A program made the translations under genes and the position numbers. Shown piece by piece: positions 1-7,525 of a stretch of DNA of 64,000 nt. The stretch comes from Gemmatimonadales bacterium. GTDB lineage: Bacteria; Gemmatimonadota; Gemmatimonadetes; Gemmatimonadales; GWC2-71-9. The stretch is taken from positions 11,732 through 75,731 of the forward strand of contig DASXUE010000049.1 in the NCBI GenBank assembly GCA_036505055.1. Direction: 5' to 3'. Every line of letters starts with the position of its first letter. Position 1 is the stretch's first letter. The notes beneath the pieces are model-generated. The model was not told the DNA's origin, did no database searches, and worked only from the letters and a program-made list of their open reading frames with translations.

Positions 1-1
1 G

Positions 2-256
2 CGCGCGGAGACGGGCGCTGAGTTCCCCGAAAAAGTGACGGCGTTCCGGGACGGGATGGCGGTGCACGGCCGCTACAAGCAGCCCTGCCCCGTGTGCGGC
101 TCGCCCGTACAGCGGATCCGCTACGCCGAGAACGAGGCCAATTACTGCGCGACCTGCCAGACCCGCGGGCGCGTGCTCGCCGACCGCGCCTTGTCGCGGC
201 TCCTCAAGGACGACTGGCCGCGGTCGCTTGAGGAGTGGGAAGCGAGGATGGGGTGA
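2..256 (+). CDS. Fpg/Nei-family DNA glycosylase, C-terminal fragment (5' end lies left of the window)
   Basis: The reading frame is open to the window edge. It ends with the CX2C-X16-CX2C zinc finger ([25 protein letters not shown]) typical of Fpg/Nei. Confidence 0.75.
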   Translation, partial: RAETGAEFPEKVTAFRDGMAVHGRYKQPCPVCGSPVQRIRYAENEANYCATCQTRGRVLADRALSRLLKDDWPRSLEEWEARMG

Positions 257-273
257 GGAGCGCGATCCGAGTC

Positions 274-295
274 GCCGGCCCGAACGAGAGCCGGC
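274..295 (+). terminator. Weak hairpin downstream of the glycosylase gene
   Basis: GCCGGC-N10-GCCGGC followed by CCTTTA, 18 nt after the stop. The stem is short and there is no clear U-tract. Confidence 0.3.
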
Positions 296-478
296 CCTTT
301 AAGGCACGGTTCAAACGAGAAACTCCGACCAGGTTGATTTGGGTTGGTCGGGTTGGTTGATCCGTGGGCTGAAGCCCCGGCTCGGCCACGGCACGCGCCC
401 TGAAGGGCGGGTGCCAAGGGAGCCCCCAAGGAGTAAACTTCCCCGATCTGCCTCGTCACCGTTCTCAGGAGCTCTCTC

Positions 479-2110
479 GTGCACCGTAATCCCTTCGCCA
501 CCCTGCTCGCCGCCGTCACCCTGACCACGCATGCCGCTGCCCAAGGATTCGGTCAGCAGCCTTCGGGATTCATCGTCGAGAACCCCGCGCTTCGGCGCAT
601 GTGGGCCATCGGGATGGACAGCTCCCAGCTTCCGCGCCTCGCCCAGGTGCTGTTCGACTCGCTCGGGCCGCGGCTCACCGCGTCTCCCGGCATGGAGGCC
701 GCGCAGAACTGGCTCGTCGCGACGTACACGACGTGGGGCATTCCGGCGCGGAAAGAGCAGTACGGCACCTGGCGCGGCTGGCAGCGCGGCAAGACGCACC
801 TCGACTTGGTCGCGCCCCGCGTACGCTCGCTCGAGGCGACGATGCTGGCGTGGAGTCCCGGCACACCCAAGGGGCGGCCGGTACGTGCACCGGTCGTGAT
901 CCTGCCCGACATCGCCGACAGCGCCGCGCTGGTCGCCTGGTTGCCGCAAGCGAAGGGCAAGTTCGTGCTCATCTCCTTTCCCCAACCTACGTGCCGGCCC
1001 GACGATAGCTGGGAGAAGTGGGGAGTTCAGGCGAACGTCGACACGATGAAAGCCCGTCGCACCGCCGCCCAGCAGGCGTGGCAGCAACGCGTGCAGCGCA
1101 CCGGGTACGCCGGCCGCTACACGCTGCACCGCCGACTCGAGGTCGGGGGCGTCGCAGGCGTCATCGGCAGTAACTGGTCGCAGGGATGGGGCGTCGACAA
1201 GATCTTCGACGCCTACACCGATCGGGCGCCGGTGGTGGATGTGGCGTGCGAGGACTACGGCCTGCTGTTCCGCCTCGCGGAGAACAAGCAGGGACCGGTC
1301 GTGGAGCTGACCGCGGAGTCGCAGGCGCGCGGCGAGGTCCCGGTGTTCAACGTCGTCGCCGAGATCAAGGGCCGCGAGCTGCCCAACGAGTACGTGATGC
1401 TGTCGGCGCACTTCGATTCGTGGGACGGCGGCTCGGGCGCCACCGACAACGGGACGGGCACGCTCACGATGCTCGAAGCGATGCGGATCCTGAAGCTCGT
1501 CTACCCGACCCCGCGGCGGACCATTCTCGTGGGCCACTGGAGCGGCGAGGAGCAGGGCCTGAACGGCTCCGCCGGCTTCGTGGCAGACCATGCCGACGTC
1601 GTCGCCGGGCTGCAGGCGCTCTTCAACCAGGACAACGGCACCGGCCGCGTCGAGACCATGAGTGCATCGGGGTTCACCAACGCGTCGGCGAGCCTGGCGC
1701 GATACCTGTCCCGCGTCCCCGTCGATATCACACGCAACATCAAGTTCAGTTTCCCCGGCGCGCCCGGCGGCGGCGGCACCGACCACGCGTCGTTCGTCAC
1801 CTGCGGAGCGCCGGGATTCGGCCTCGGCTCGGGCGACTGGGACTACGGCCGCTACACGTGGCACACGAACCGGGACACCTACGACAAGCTCACTTTCGAC
1901 GACGTGAAGAACAACGCCACGCTCGCGGCGATGCTCGTCTATCTCGCGTCCGAGGACTCGGTGCGGACGCCGCGCGAGCGCCGCGACGTGTTCCCGGCGC
2001 GGCCCAACGGCCAGCCCGGAGCGTGGCCCGACTGCCGCCAGCCGCAGCGGTCCACGCCGCCGCCCGTCCCCCTCCCACCGGCGCCCGTCGCGGCGCCCGC
2101 ACGCCCGTGA
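479..2110 (+). CDS. Secreted M28-family metallo-aminopeptidase
   Basis: GTG start preceded by AGGAG. Signal peptide ends ...TTHAAAQ. M28 metal-ligand motifs SAHFDSWDGGSGATDNGTG and HWSGEEQGLNGS are present. Confidence 0.85.
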   Translation: MHRNPFATLLAAVTLTTHAAAQGFGQQPSGFIVENPALRRMWAIGMDSSQLPRLAQVLFDSLGPRLTASPGMEAAQNWLVATYTTWGIPARKEQYGTWRGWQRGKTHLDLVAPRVRSLEATMLAWSPGTPKGRPVRAPVVILPDIADSAALVAWLPQAKGKFVLISFPQPTCRPDDSWEKWGVQANVDTMKARRTAAQQAWQQRVQRTGYAGRYTLHRRLEVGGVAGVIGSNWSQGWGVDKIFDAYTDRAPVVDVACEDYGLLFRLAENKQGPVVELTAESQARGEVPVFNVVAEIKGRELPNEYVMLSAHFDSWDGGSGATDNGTGTLTMLEAMRILKLVYPTPRRTILVGHWSGEEQGLNGSAGFVADHADVVAGLQALFNQDNGTGRVETMSASGFTNASASLARYLSRVPVDITRNIKFSFPGAPGGGGTDHASFVTCGAPGFGLGSGDWDYGRYTWHTNRDTYDKLTFDDVKNNATLAAMLVYLASEDSVRTPRERRDVFPARPNGQPGAWPDCRQPQRSTPPPVPLPPAPVAAPARP

Positions 2111-2853
2111 GTTTCGCGGATCATTTTTCTGGTGTTTCCGCCGCGTATGCCGCGTTCCGGCCGCGTTACCCCGATGCCCTGTTCGATCTGCTCGCCGGCG
2201 TGGCCCCGGGCCGTGATGCGGCCTGGGACTGCGCCACCGGCTCGGGGCAAGCGGCGTTGGGGTTGGCCCGGCACTTTGCCCGGGTGATCGCGACGGACGC
2301 GAGCGACGCCCAGATCGCCCACGCGACCCCGCACCCCCGGGTGACCTACCGGGTGGCCCCCGCCGAGCAGAGCGGGCTGGACGACGAGTCCGTCGACCTC
2401 GTCACGGCGGCGCAGGCCGTCCATTGGTTCGACCGGCCGCGCTTCTGGGCCGAGGCGCGCCGCGTGCTGCGCCCCCGGGGCGGGGTGATCGCCGTGTGGA
2501 CGTACTGGTCGTTTTCCATCGCCCCGGAACTCGACGCCGTCGTGCGGCGGTTTTACAAGGACACCGTCGGGTCGTTCTGGCCTCCCGAGCGGAAGCTCAC
2601 GGAGGACCGCTACCGGACGCTCGACTTTCCATTCGCTGAGTTCACCGTGCCAGGCTTCATGATCGAGCAGCAGATGACGCTGGACGACGTGGCAGGATAC
2701 ATTCGGACCTGGTCGGCCACGCGGGCGTACGTCGAGCATGAGGGCCGCGATCCGGTGGACGACCTCGTTGCCGAGCTGCGGCCGGTGTGGGGTGACCCCA
2801 CCGTGGCGCGGCTCGCCCGCTGGCCGCTCGCGGTGCGTGCCGGGAGGACATGA
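2107..2853 (+). CDS. Class I SAM-dependent methyltransferase
   Basis: GTG at 2107 overlaps the upstream stop (GTGA). SAM motif I is WDCATGSGQAA and post-I is VIATDAS. Only the C-terminal 248 aa of the 1186..2853 track ORF look protein-like. Confidence 0.8.
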   Translation: MSFADHFSGVSAAYAAFRPRYPDALFDLLAGVAPGRDAAWDCATGSGQAALGLARHFARVIATDASDAQIAHATPHPRVTYRVAPAEQSGLDDESVDLVTAAQAVHWFDRPRFWAEARRVLRPRGGVIAVWTYWSFSIAPELDAVVRRFYKDTVGSFWPPERKLTEDRYRTLDFPFAEFTVPGFMIEQQMTLDDVAGYIRTWSATRAYVEHEGRDPVDDLVAELRPVWGDPTVARLARWPLAVRAGRT

Positions 2854-3338
2854 TGAGAGACTGGATCCAGACAGTGATGACTCGCGAACTAAAGGCGTTG
2901 CGCCGCGAGGTCGAGTCGTACCCCAGCGATGCCGAGCTGTGGGAAAGCGCCCCGGGCATCACGAACCCCGGCGGCAACCTGGTGCTGCACCTCGCGGGTA
3001 ACATCCAGTACTTCCTCGGCGCCGTGCTCGGCGGCACCGGGTACACGCGCTACCGCGACGCCGAGTTCGACAGCCGCGATGTCCCCCGCGCGGACCTGCT
3101 GCGGGAGATCGACGGGGCGCTCGCCGCCGTCGAAACGGGCCTCGCCCGCGTCAACGACGCCGACCTGAAGAAGCCCTTCCCCGAGGCGGTTGGCGGCGTC
3201 ACGCCCACGACCGGCGCGTTCCTCGCGCACCTCGCCGTGCACCTCGGCTATCACCTCGGCCAGGTGGACTACCACCGCCGCATCATCACCGGCGAGGGAA
3301 AGACGGTGGGCGCGTTGCCCGTCGGGGAGCTGCGGTGA
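2850..3338 (+). CDS. DinB-superfamily protein
   Basis: ATGA overlap with the upstream gene. His-containing DinB helices are present (NLVLHLAGN, HLAVHLGYHLGQVDYH). Confidence 0.7.
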   Translation: MMRDWIQTVMTRELKALRREVESYPSDAELWESAPGITNPGGNLVLHLAGNIQYFLGAVLGGTGYTRYRDAEFDSRDVPRADLLREIDGALAAVETGLARVNDADLKKPFPEAVGGVTPTTGAFLAHLAVHLGYHLGQVDYHRRIITGEGKTVGALPVGELR

Positions 3339-3859
3339 TGAACATCGGGCGTCCCCAAGCGGACGAAGTCCCCGCCCATCTCGTGGGCTACGTCGGCAAC
3401 ATCCCCGAGAGCGATCCCGTGACGGTGCTCGCCACCCAGATCGATGTCACGGCCGAGCTGCTGCGCGGGCTGTCAGAGACCGACGCCCTGAAGCGGTACG
3501 CCCCGGGGAAGTGGAGCATCAAGGAAGTCGTGGGGCATATGGCGGATACGGAGCGGATCATGGCGTACCGTGCCCTGCGGATCGCGCGCGGCGATCAAAC
3601 GCCGCTCCCCGGATTCGACGAGAACGCGTACGTTCCGCCCGCCAAGTTCGACGCCCATCCCCTCGCCGAATTGATCTCTGATCTGCGGGTCACCCGGGGC
3701 GCTACCCTGGCGCTGTTCCGCAGCTTCGACGCCGACGCCTGGACGCGTCGCGGCACGGCCAGCGGCAAGGCCGTCAGCGTACGCGCGCTCGGCTACGTGA
3801 TCCCGGGGCACGAGCGCCATCACGTGGAGATCCTGAAGACGCGGTACGGCCTTCAGTAG
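3335..3859 (+). CDS. DinB-family (DinB_2-like) metal-dependent protein
   Basis: Start overlaps the upstream stop. Motifs WSIKEVVGHMADTERIMAYRAL and GHERHHVEILKTRY are present. Confidence 0.75.
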   Translation: MMNIGRPQADEVPAHLVGYVGNIPESDPVTVLATQIDVTAELLRGLSETDALKRYAPGKWSIKEVVGHMADTERIMAYRALRIARGDQTPLPGFDENAYVPPAKFDAHPLAELISDLRVTRGATLALFRSFDADAWTRRGTASGKAVSVRALGYVIPGHERHHVEILKTRYGLQ

Positions 3860-3895
3860 GGTATATTCCCCGGACCACGGGGAGGGACTTCGCAT

Positions 3896-4489
3896 ATGCG
3901 ATCGTTGTATTTCGCCGCCGGGCTCGCCGCCACCGTCGTTGCAACGGCAGCCGCCCAGCAACCGGCTACTCCACCTGCGCCCGCCGGCCCGCCGCCTCTC
4001 GAAGTCGGCACGGTCGCGCCGGACTTCACCCTCCCGGGCGCGACGCGATTCGGCGCGCTGCGCGCACCCATCCGGCTGAGCGACTTCAAGGGGAAGACGG
4101 TGGTACTCGCCTTCTTCTTCAAGGCGCGAACGCGTGGCTGAACGATCCAAATGAACGCGTACCGTGATCAGTACGCGCAGCTGTTCAAGGATGGCCGCAA
4201 CGTGGTGTTGATTGGCATCAGCGCCGACGCCGACACCGCGCAGGCCTCGTGGGCGCGGGACTCCGAATTCCCGTTCCTGTTCGCGAGTGATTCAGGGTCC
4301 GTCGTCGGCAAGATGTACGGCGCCTTCAGCGTCCGCGGAAACCTCGACAACCGCAATCTGTTTGTGGTGGGACCCGACGGGAAAATCGCGTACCGCGCAA
4401 CCCCGTTCCGGGAGATCGATCCGACCGCCTACACGGAGTTGGGGGCGGCGATCGCGAAACTGGTTCCTGCAGACTCGACGGTGAAGTGA
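3896..4489 (+). CDS. Secreted AhpC/TSA (Bcp-type) peroxiredoxin with in-frame UGA at the peroxidatic-Cys position. It is a candidate selenoprotein, or alternatively a TGC->TGA pseudogene.
   Basis: Track ORFs 3896..4141 and 4151..4489 are in the same frame and separated only by TGA (4139-4141) plus 3 sense codons. The joined sequence VVLAFFFKARTRG[TGA]TIQMNAYRD lines up with E. coli Bcp [23 protein letters not shown]. A signal peptide is present (MRSLYFAAGLAATVVATAAAQQ). There is no SD before the 4151 ATG. A hairpin lies 15 nt downstream of the TGA. Confidence 0.6.
4145..4192 (+). promoter_or_regulatory. Candidate bacterial SECIS-like stem-loop
   Basis: Perfect 7-bp stem CGCGUAC (4156-4162) / GUACGCG (4171-4177) with 8-nt loop CGUGAUCA, which contains GU. 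A possible lower stem is UGAA (4152-4155)/UUCA (4184-4187) plus AUCC (4145-4148)/GGAU (4189-4192). The structure starts 4-15 nt after the UGA. Confidence 0.45.
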
Positions 4490-4494
4490 GAGAA

Positions 4495-4583
4495 GGACGG
4501 TCTAAGACGGCCTAAGACGGTCCAGGGCGGTCAAGGACGATCGTTGACCGTCTTGGACCGTCCTGGACCGCCTTGGACCGCCC
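4495..4583. terminator. Long imperfect palindrome built from ~10-nt tandem units; likely a bidirectional terminator between convergent genes
   Basis: Left arm is GACGGTCTAA GACGGCCTAA GACGGTCCAG GGCGGTCAAG. Centre is GACGATCG. Right arm is TTGACCGTC TTGGACCGTC CTGGACCGCC TTGGACCGCC. About 31 of 39 arm positions are complementary. The right arm also encodes the last ~17 aa of the minus-strand TlpA-like gene. Confidence 0.5.
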
Positions 4584-5064
4584 TCGCAAGAGCCGCTTCG
4601 ATATCCTGGTCCGCCCCGACACCCGTATAGACCACCTTTCCTCGGGCGTCGAGCACCGCCACATCCGATGTCGTGGGCGCCTGGAAGGCGCGGGTGGCGC
4701 TGCCGTTCGCGTCCCACAGGAAGGTGAACGGCATCGGATGCCGCGCGAGGTGCCGGCGCACGGTGTTGGGGCTCTGATTCACGGCGACGGCGACGACGAG
4801 GAATTCCGCGCGGTCCCCGTACTTCTTCCGCGCCGCCTCCATCCGCGGCAGCAGCTCGGCGCAGATGGGGCACCACGTCGCCCAGAACTCAACGATCACC
4901 GGCTTCTTCCCCACCCAGCGCGCCAGCTCGACTGCGTTGCCGTCGAGGTCCTGGACCGTGACCGCGGGTGGCGTCTGGCCGACGGGAATGCCGACGACGT
5001 CGTCCTGCGCGGCGGCGAGGCTCGGCACGAGGAGTGCAACGAGGAGCGCCAGCCGCCTCACCAT
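4531..5064 (-). CDS. TlpA-like periplasmic thiol:disulfide oxidoreductase (thioredoxin fold)
   Basis: The internal ATG at 5064 gives signal peptide MVRRLALLVALLVPSLAAAQ. CxxC motif is WATWCPIC. The start overlaps the ccdA stop (ATGGTGA). The upstream 108 aa of the track ORF are Arg/Gly-rich and overlap ccdA. Confidence 0.85.
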   Translation of the reverse strand: MVRRLALLVALLVPSLAAAQDDVVGIPVGQTPPAVTVQDLDGNAVELARWVGKKPVIVEFWATWCPICAELLPRMEAARKKYGDRAEFLVVAVAVNQSPNTVRRHLARHPMPFTFLWDANGSATRAFQAPTTSDVAVLDARGKVVYTGVGADQDIEAALARAVQGGPGRSKTVNDRP

Positions 5065-5777
5065 ACCTGCCCCGCTTTGATGAAGTAGTATTGAGCCATC
5101 AGCAGTAGAACCACGCCCGCCGTCCTTTTGATCCATACCATCCAGGCGCCCGCACGCGGCAGCGCCGTCAGCGTTCCGGAGAACAGCCCGACCACGACCA
5201 GCAACGCGGTCATACCGAGCGAAAATGCGAACAGATAGACGAATCCGAGCACGGCGCTTTGGGTGCTCGCCACCCACGTCAGCACGGCGGCGAACGCCGG
5301 CGCGCCGCAGGGAGCCGCGACGATGCCCGAGGTCGCGCCGAGCAGAAAGACGGCTGGATAGGATCCCCCGCCCAGTCCCCCCGCCCACGCGGCGAGCCGG
5401 GCGGGCACGCGGATCGGGATCACATCGAGCATCGCGAGGGCGAACACGAGGAGCAGGTTACCGATCGCGAGGCGCGCCCACGGACTCGAGCCGATGGTGC
5501 CGAACAGCGAGCCCGTGAGCCCGGCGACGAGGCCCAGTATCGCGTAGAACAGCGCGAGGCCGGTCGCGTAGGTGAGTGTGAGCCCGACGGTGCGGCGCCG
5601 CGAGCGCCCGTCGGCGTCCACGCCGGCCAGCGCGCCCGCCGTGATGGGAATCATCGGATAGATGCAGGGGTTCAGGCTCGTCACGAGCCCGGCCGCGAAC
5701 AAGAGCGGCACCGCCACGAGGGGGCGGTGCTGCAGGGCATCGGAGATGCCGGAGAGGACGACGGCCAACGTGGCCAC
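5058..5777 (-). CDS. ccdA: CcdA/DsbD-family transmembrane thiol-disulfide electron transporter
   Basis: Polytopic membrane protein with the conserved LNPC and PCG motifs (SLNPCIYPMIP, AAPCGAPAF). GTG start. Confidence 0.85.
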   Translation of the reverse strand: MATLAVVLSGISDALQHRPLVAVPLLFAAGLVTSLNPCIYPMIPITAGALAGVDADGRSRRRTVGLTLTYATGLALFYAILGLVAGLTGSLFGTIGSSPWARLAIGNLLLVFALAMLDVIPIRVPARLAAWAGGLGGGSYPAVFLLGATSGIVAAPCGAPAFAAVLTWVASTQSAVLGFVYLFAFSLGMTALLVVVGLFSGTLTALPRAGAWMVWIKRTAGVVLLLMAQYYFIKAGQVW

Positions 5778-5804
5778 GGACGGGATAATAACGAATTATC
5801 TTTC

Positions 5805-5865
5805 CCGCAGGCGATGGAGTTCGCCTTCAACCGCCCATCCCAAGGGCTGATGACTCCTACCCGCA
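5805..5865 (+). promoter_or_regulatory. Fluoride riboswitch (crcB RNA motif)
   Basis: GGCGAUGGAGUUCGCC-UUC-AACCGCCC-AUCCCAA-GGGCUGAUGACUCCUAC closely matches the crcB motif (compare T. petrophila GGCGAUGAGGCCCGCCCAAACUGCCCUGAAAAGGGCUGAUGGCCUCUAC). It lies directly upstream of crcB, and an AT-rich putative promoter lies just 5' of it. Confidence 0.9.
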
Positions 5866-5889
5866 CCGACCGACGGGAGGAGTTTCTTC

Positions 5890-6246
5890 TTGAGAATCCT
5901 GTACATCGCACTCGCCGGCGTCGCCGGAACGCTCGCCCGCTATGGACTCGACGGCTGGGTCCAGGGGCGCGGCGGCACGCTCACGGTGAATCTGACCGGC
6001 TCCCTGGCCCTCGGTTTCATCATTCGCTACGCCACAGGCTCGATCGTCGTCTCGCCCGACGTGCGCGCCGCTCTCACGATAGGCTTCTGCGGCGCCTACA
6101 CGACGATGAGCACGTTCAGCTACGAAACCATGGCGCTGCTCTGGGATGGCGAGTATTGGCGGGCGGGACTCTACATGGGGGTCACCATTGCCGGATGCCT
6201 GATGGCGGTCGCGTTGGGAGCGGCGCTGGCCAACAAACTACTGTGA
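5890..6246 (+). CDS. crcB: Fluoride ion channel CrcB/FluC
   Basis: TTG start 9 nt after GGGAGG. Four TM helices. Signature GFCGAYTTMSTFSYE. Confidence 0.9.
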   Translation: MRILYIALAGVAGTLARYGLDGWVQGRGGTLTVNLTGSLALGFIIRYATGSIVVSPDVRAALTIGFCGAYTTMSTFSYETMALLWDGEYWRAGLYMGVTIAGCLMAVALGAALANKLL

Positions 6247-6253
6247 GCGACAT

Positions 6254-6592
6254 ATGACCGAACGATTTCGCGGTGAGCGCACGCTGATGCGCGTTTTCAT
6301 CGGCGAGAGCGACAAGTACGAAGGCAAGCCGCTGTATGAGGCCTTGCTGGAACGGTTCCGCAAGAGGGGCCTCGCCGGCGCCACCGTGCTGCGCGGCATC
6401 GCGGGGTTCGGCGCGAGCAGCAAGGTGCACACCGACAAGGTGCTACGCTTGTCACTCGACTTGCCGCTGATCATCGAGGTCGTCGAAGCCGAGGAGACGA
6501 TTCAGCAAGTTCTCCCCGATCTCGATGAGATGATCGGGGGTGGACTGATCACACTGGAGCGGGCGAATGTGATCCTGTATCGGCCCGCCTAA
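6254..6592 (+). CDS. DUF190 (PII-like) protein, commonly co-transcribed with crcB
   Basis: Sequence LMRVFIGESDKYEGKPLYEALLERFRKRGLAGATVLRGIAGFG... matches the DUF190 pattern. It lies 7 nt after crcB. Confidence 0.8.
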   Translation: MTERFRGERTLMRVFIGESDKYEGKPLYEALLERFRKRGLAGATVLRGIAGFGASSKVHTDKVLRLSLDLPLIIEVVEAEETIQQVLPDLDEMIGGGLITLERANVILYRPA

Positions 6593-6596
6593 CCGT

Positions 6597-7415
6597 CTAC
6601 CAACGCCGCACCGTCATCGGTCCGTTGGTCGTCACCACGCGCACCGGCGCGCCGCCCGAGCCGAGCGTGGTCGAGATCCGGTCCGTGATCCGGCCGCTCA
6701 GCGTGACGGTCAGCGGGAAGCCGACGTGCATCGGGCCGTTCACGGTCCCGAATTCGATCCTCGCGTTGTACCCCTCGGGGATGCGCAGGTCGGCCGGCCC
6801 GTTCATGGTCGCGGCGTCGAGCCCGGCACCGTCCCACCGCGTCCCCTCCAGGCCCACCGTCAGCGGCCCGTTCTGCGCCCGCGCATGCACGTCGCCCGCC
6901 ACACCGTTGAGCGCCAGGGGGCCGTTCAGCGTAGACAGCTCCATATGGCCGCTCACATCGCTCACCGACAGCGGTCCGTTTTCGGTCCCGATCGAGAGGT
7001 CGATCTTGTGCGGGACGGATACGATGAAGCTCACCGACCACGATTGGTGGCGCCCCAGGGGGTCGGGGCCCGTGGCGTGCACGGTCCCGCCCGCCGCCTC
7101 GATTTTGATCTCGCGCGCAATCGCCTCCGCCTCATCGTCGGTCCGCGCGCTGGTCTGAATCCGCGCGGTGACCGCGATGCTGTCGCGGTCCCACCCGATG
7201 ATCTCGACGCCGCCGTTCATCCCCGGATCGACCGTCAATACCCCCGTTGACCGCTTGAGACCCGTTTCGCGGATCTCGCAATGCTTGACGCGGCTTTCGC
7301 GCCAGGATTCGTCCTCGCAGCTGTTCAGCCAGGCCTGGTCGCTGCGCTGTGCCTGGAGTGGGGACGCGGTGAGGGCCACGGAGGTGAGAGCGAAGAAGGC
7401 GGCGGCACGCAACAT
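6597..7415 (-). CDS. Secreted DUF4097-like beta-strand-repeat protein (putative adhesin fold)
   Basis: Signal peptide ...ASPLQAQ. Repeated NGP(L/M)xV strands run through the C-terminal two thirds. Confidence 0.65.
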   Translation of the reverse strand: MLRAAAFFALTSVALTASPLQAQRSDQAWLNSCEDESWRESRVKHCEIRETGLKRSTGVLTVDPGMNGGVEIIGWDRDSIAVTARIQTSARTDDEAEAIAREIKIEAAGGTVHATGPDPLGRHQSWSVSFIVSVPHKIDLSIGTENGPLSVSDVSGHMELSTLNGPLALNGVAGDVHARAQNGPLTVGLEGTRWDGAGLDAATMNGPADLRIPEGYNARIEFGTVNGPMHVGFPLTVTLSGRITDRISTTLGSGGAPVRVVTTNGPMTVRRW

Positions 7416-7525
7416 AGGAGGCTCCGGGTTGAGAGACGGGCTTTACGGTTTGACACTCCCTACGCTGGAAGGGTTGCGGGGATTCGGAGTAGCTTACCGT
7501 CCATGCCCCTTTCCGAGGAACCCCG

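Noticed and set aside
362-413. Two small UGAA-capped hairpins (GGGC-UGAA-GCCC at 366-377; GCGCCC-UGAA-GGGCG at 395-409) plus a CCGACC/GGTCGG hairpin in the 5' region of the M28 gene; possible riboswitch or sRNA
   Set aside because: The stems are short and the pairings alternative or ambiguous. I cannot match the region to any riboswitch class, and such GC hairpins are expected by chance in this composition.
311-1864. 517-aa minus-strand ORF opposite the M28 peptidase
   Set aside because: It is a shadow ORF with Arg/Ala/Gly-rich composition and no recognisable motif. The plus-strand frame carries clear M28 motifs and a signal peptide.
3896-4489. Treating 3896..4141 and 4151..4489 as two independent small genes
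   Set aside because: Neither half is a complete peroxiredoxin fold. They are in the same frame, the break is a single TGA at the catalytic residue, and the second half lacks an RBS.
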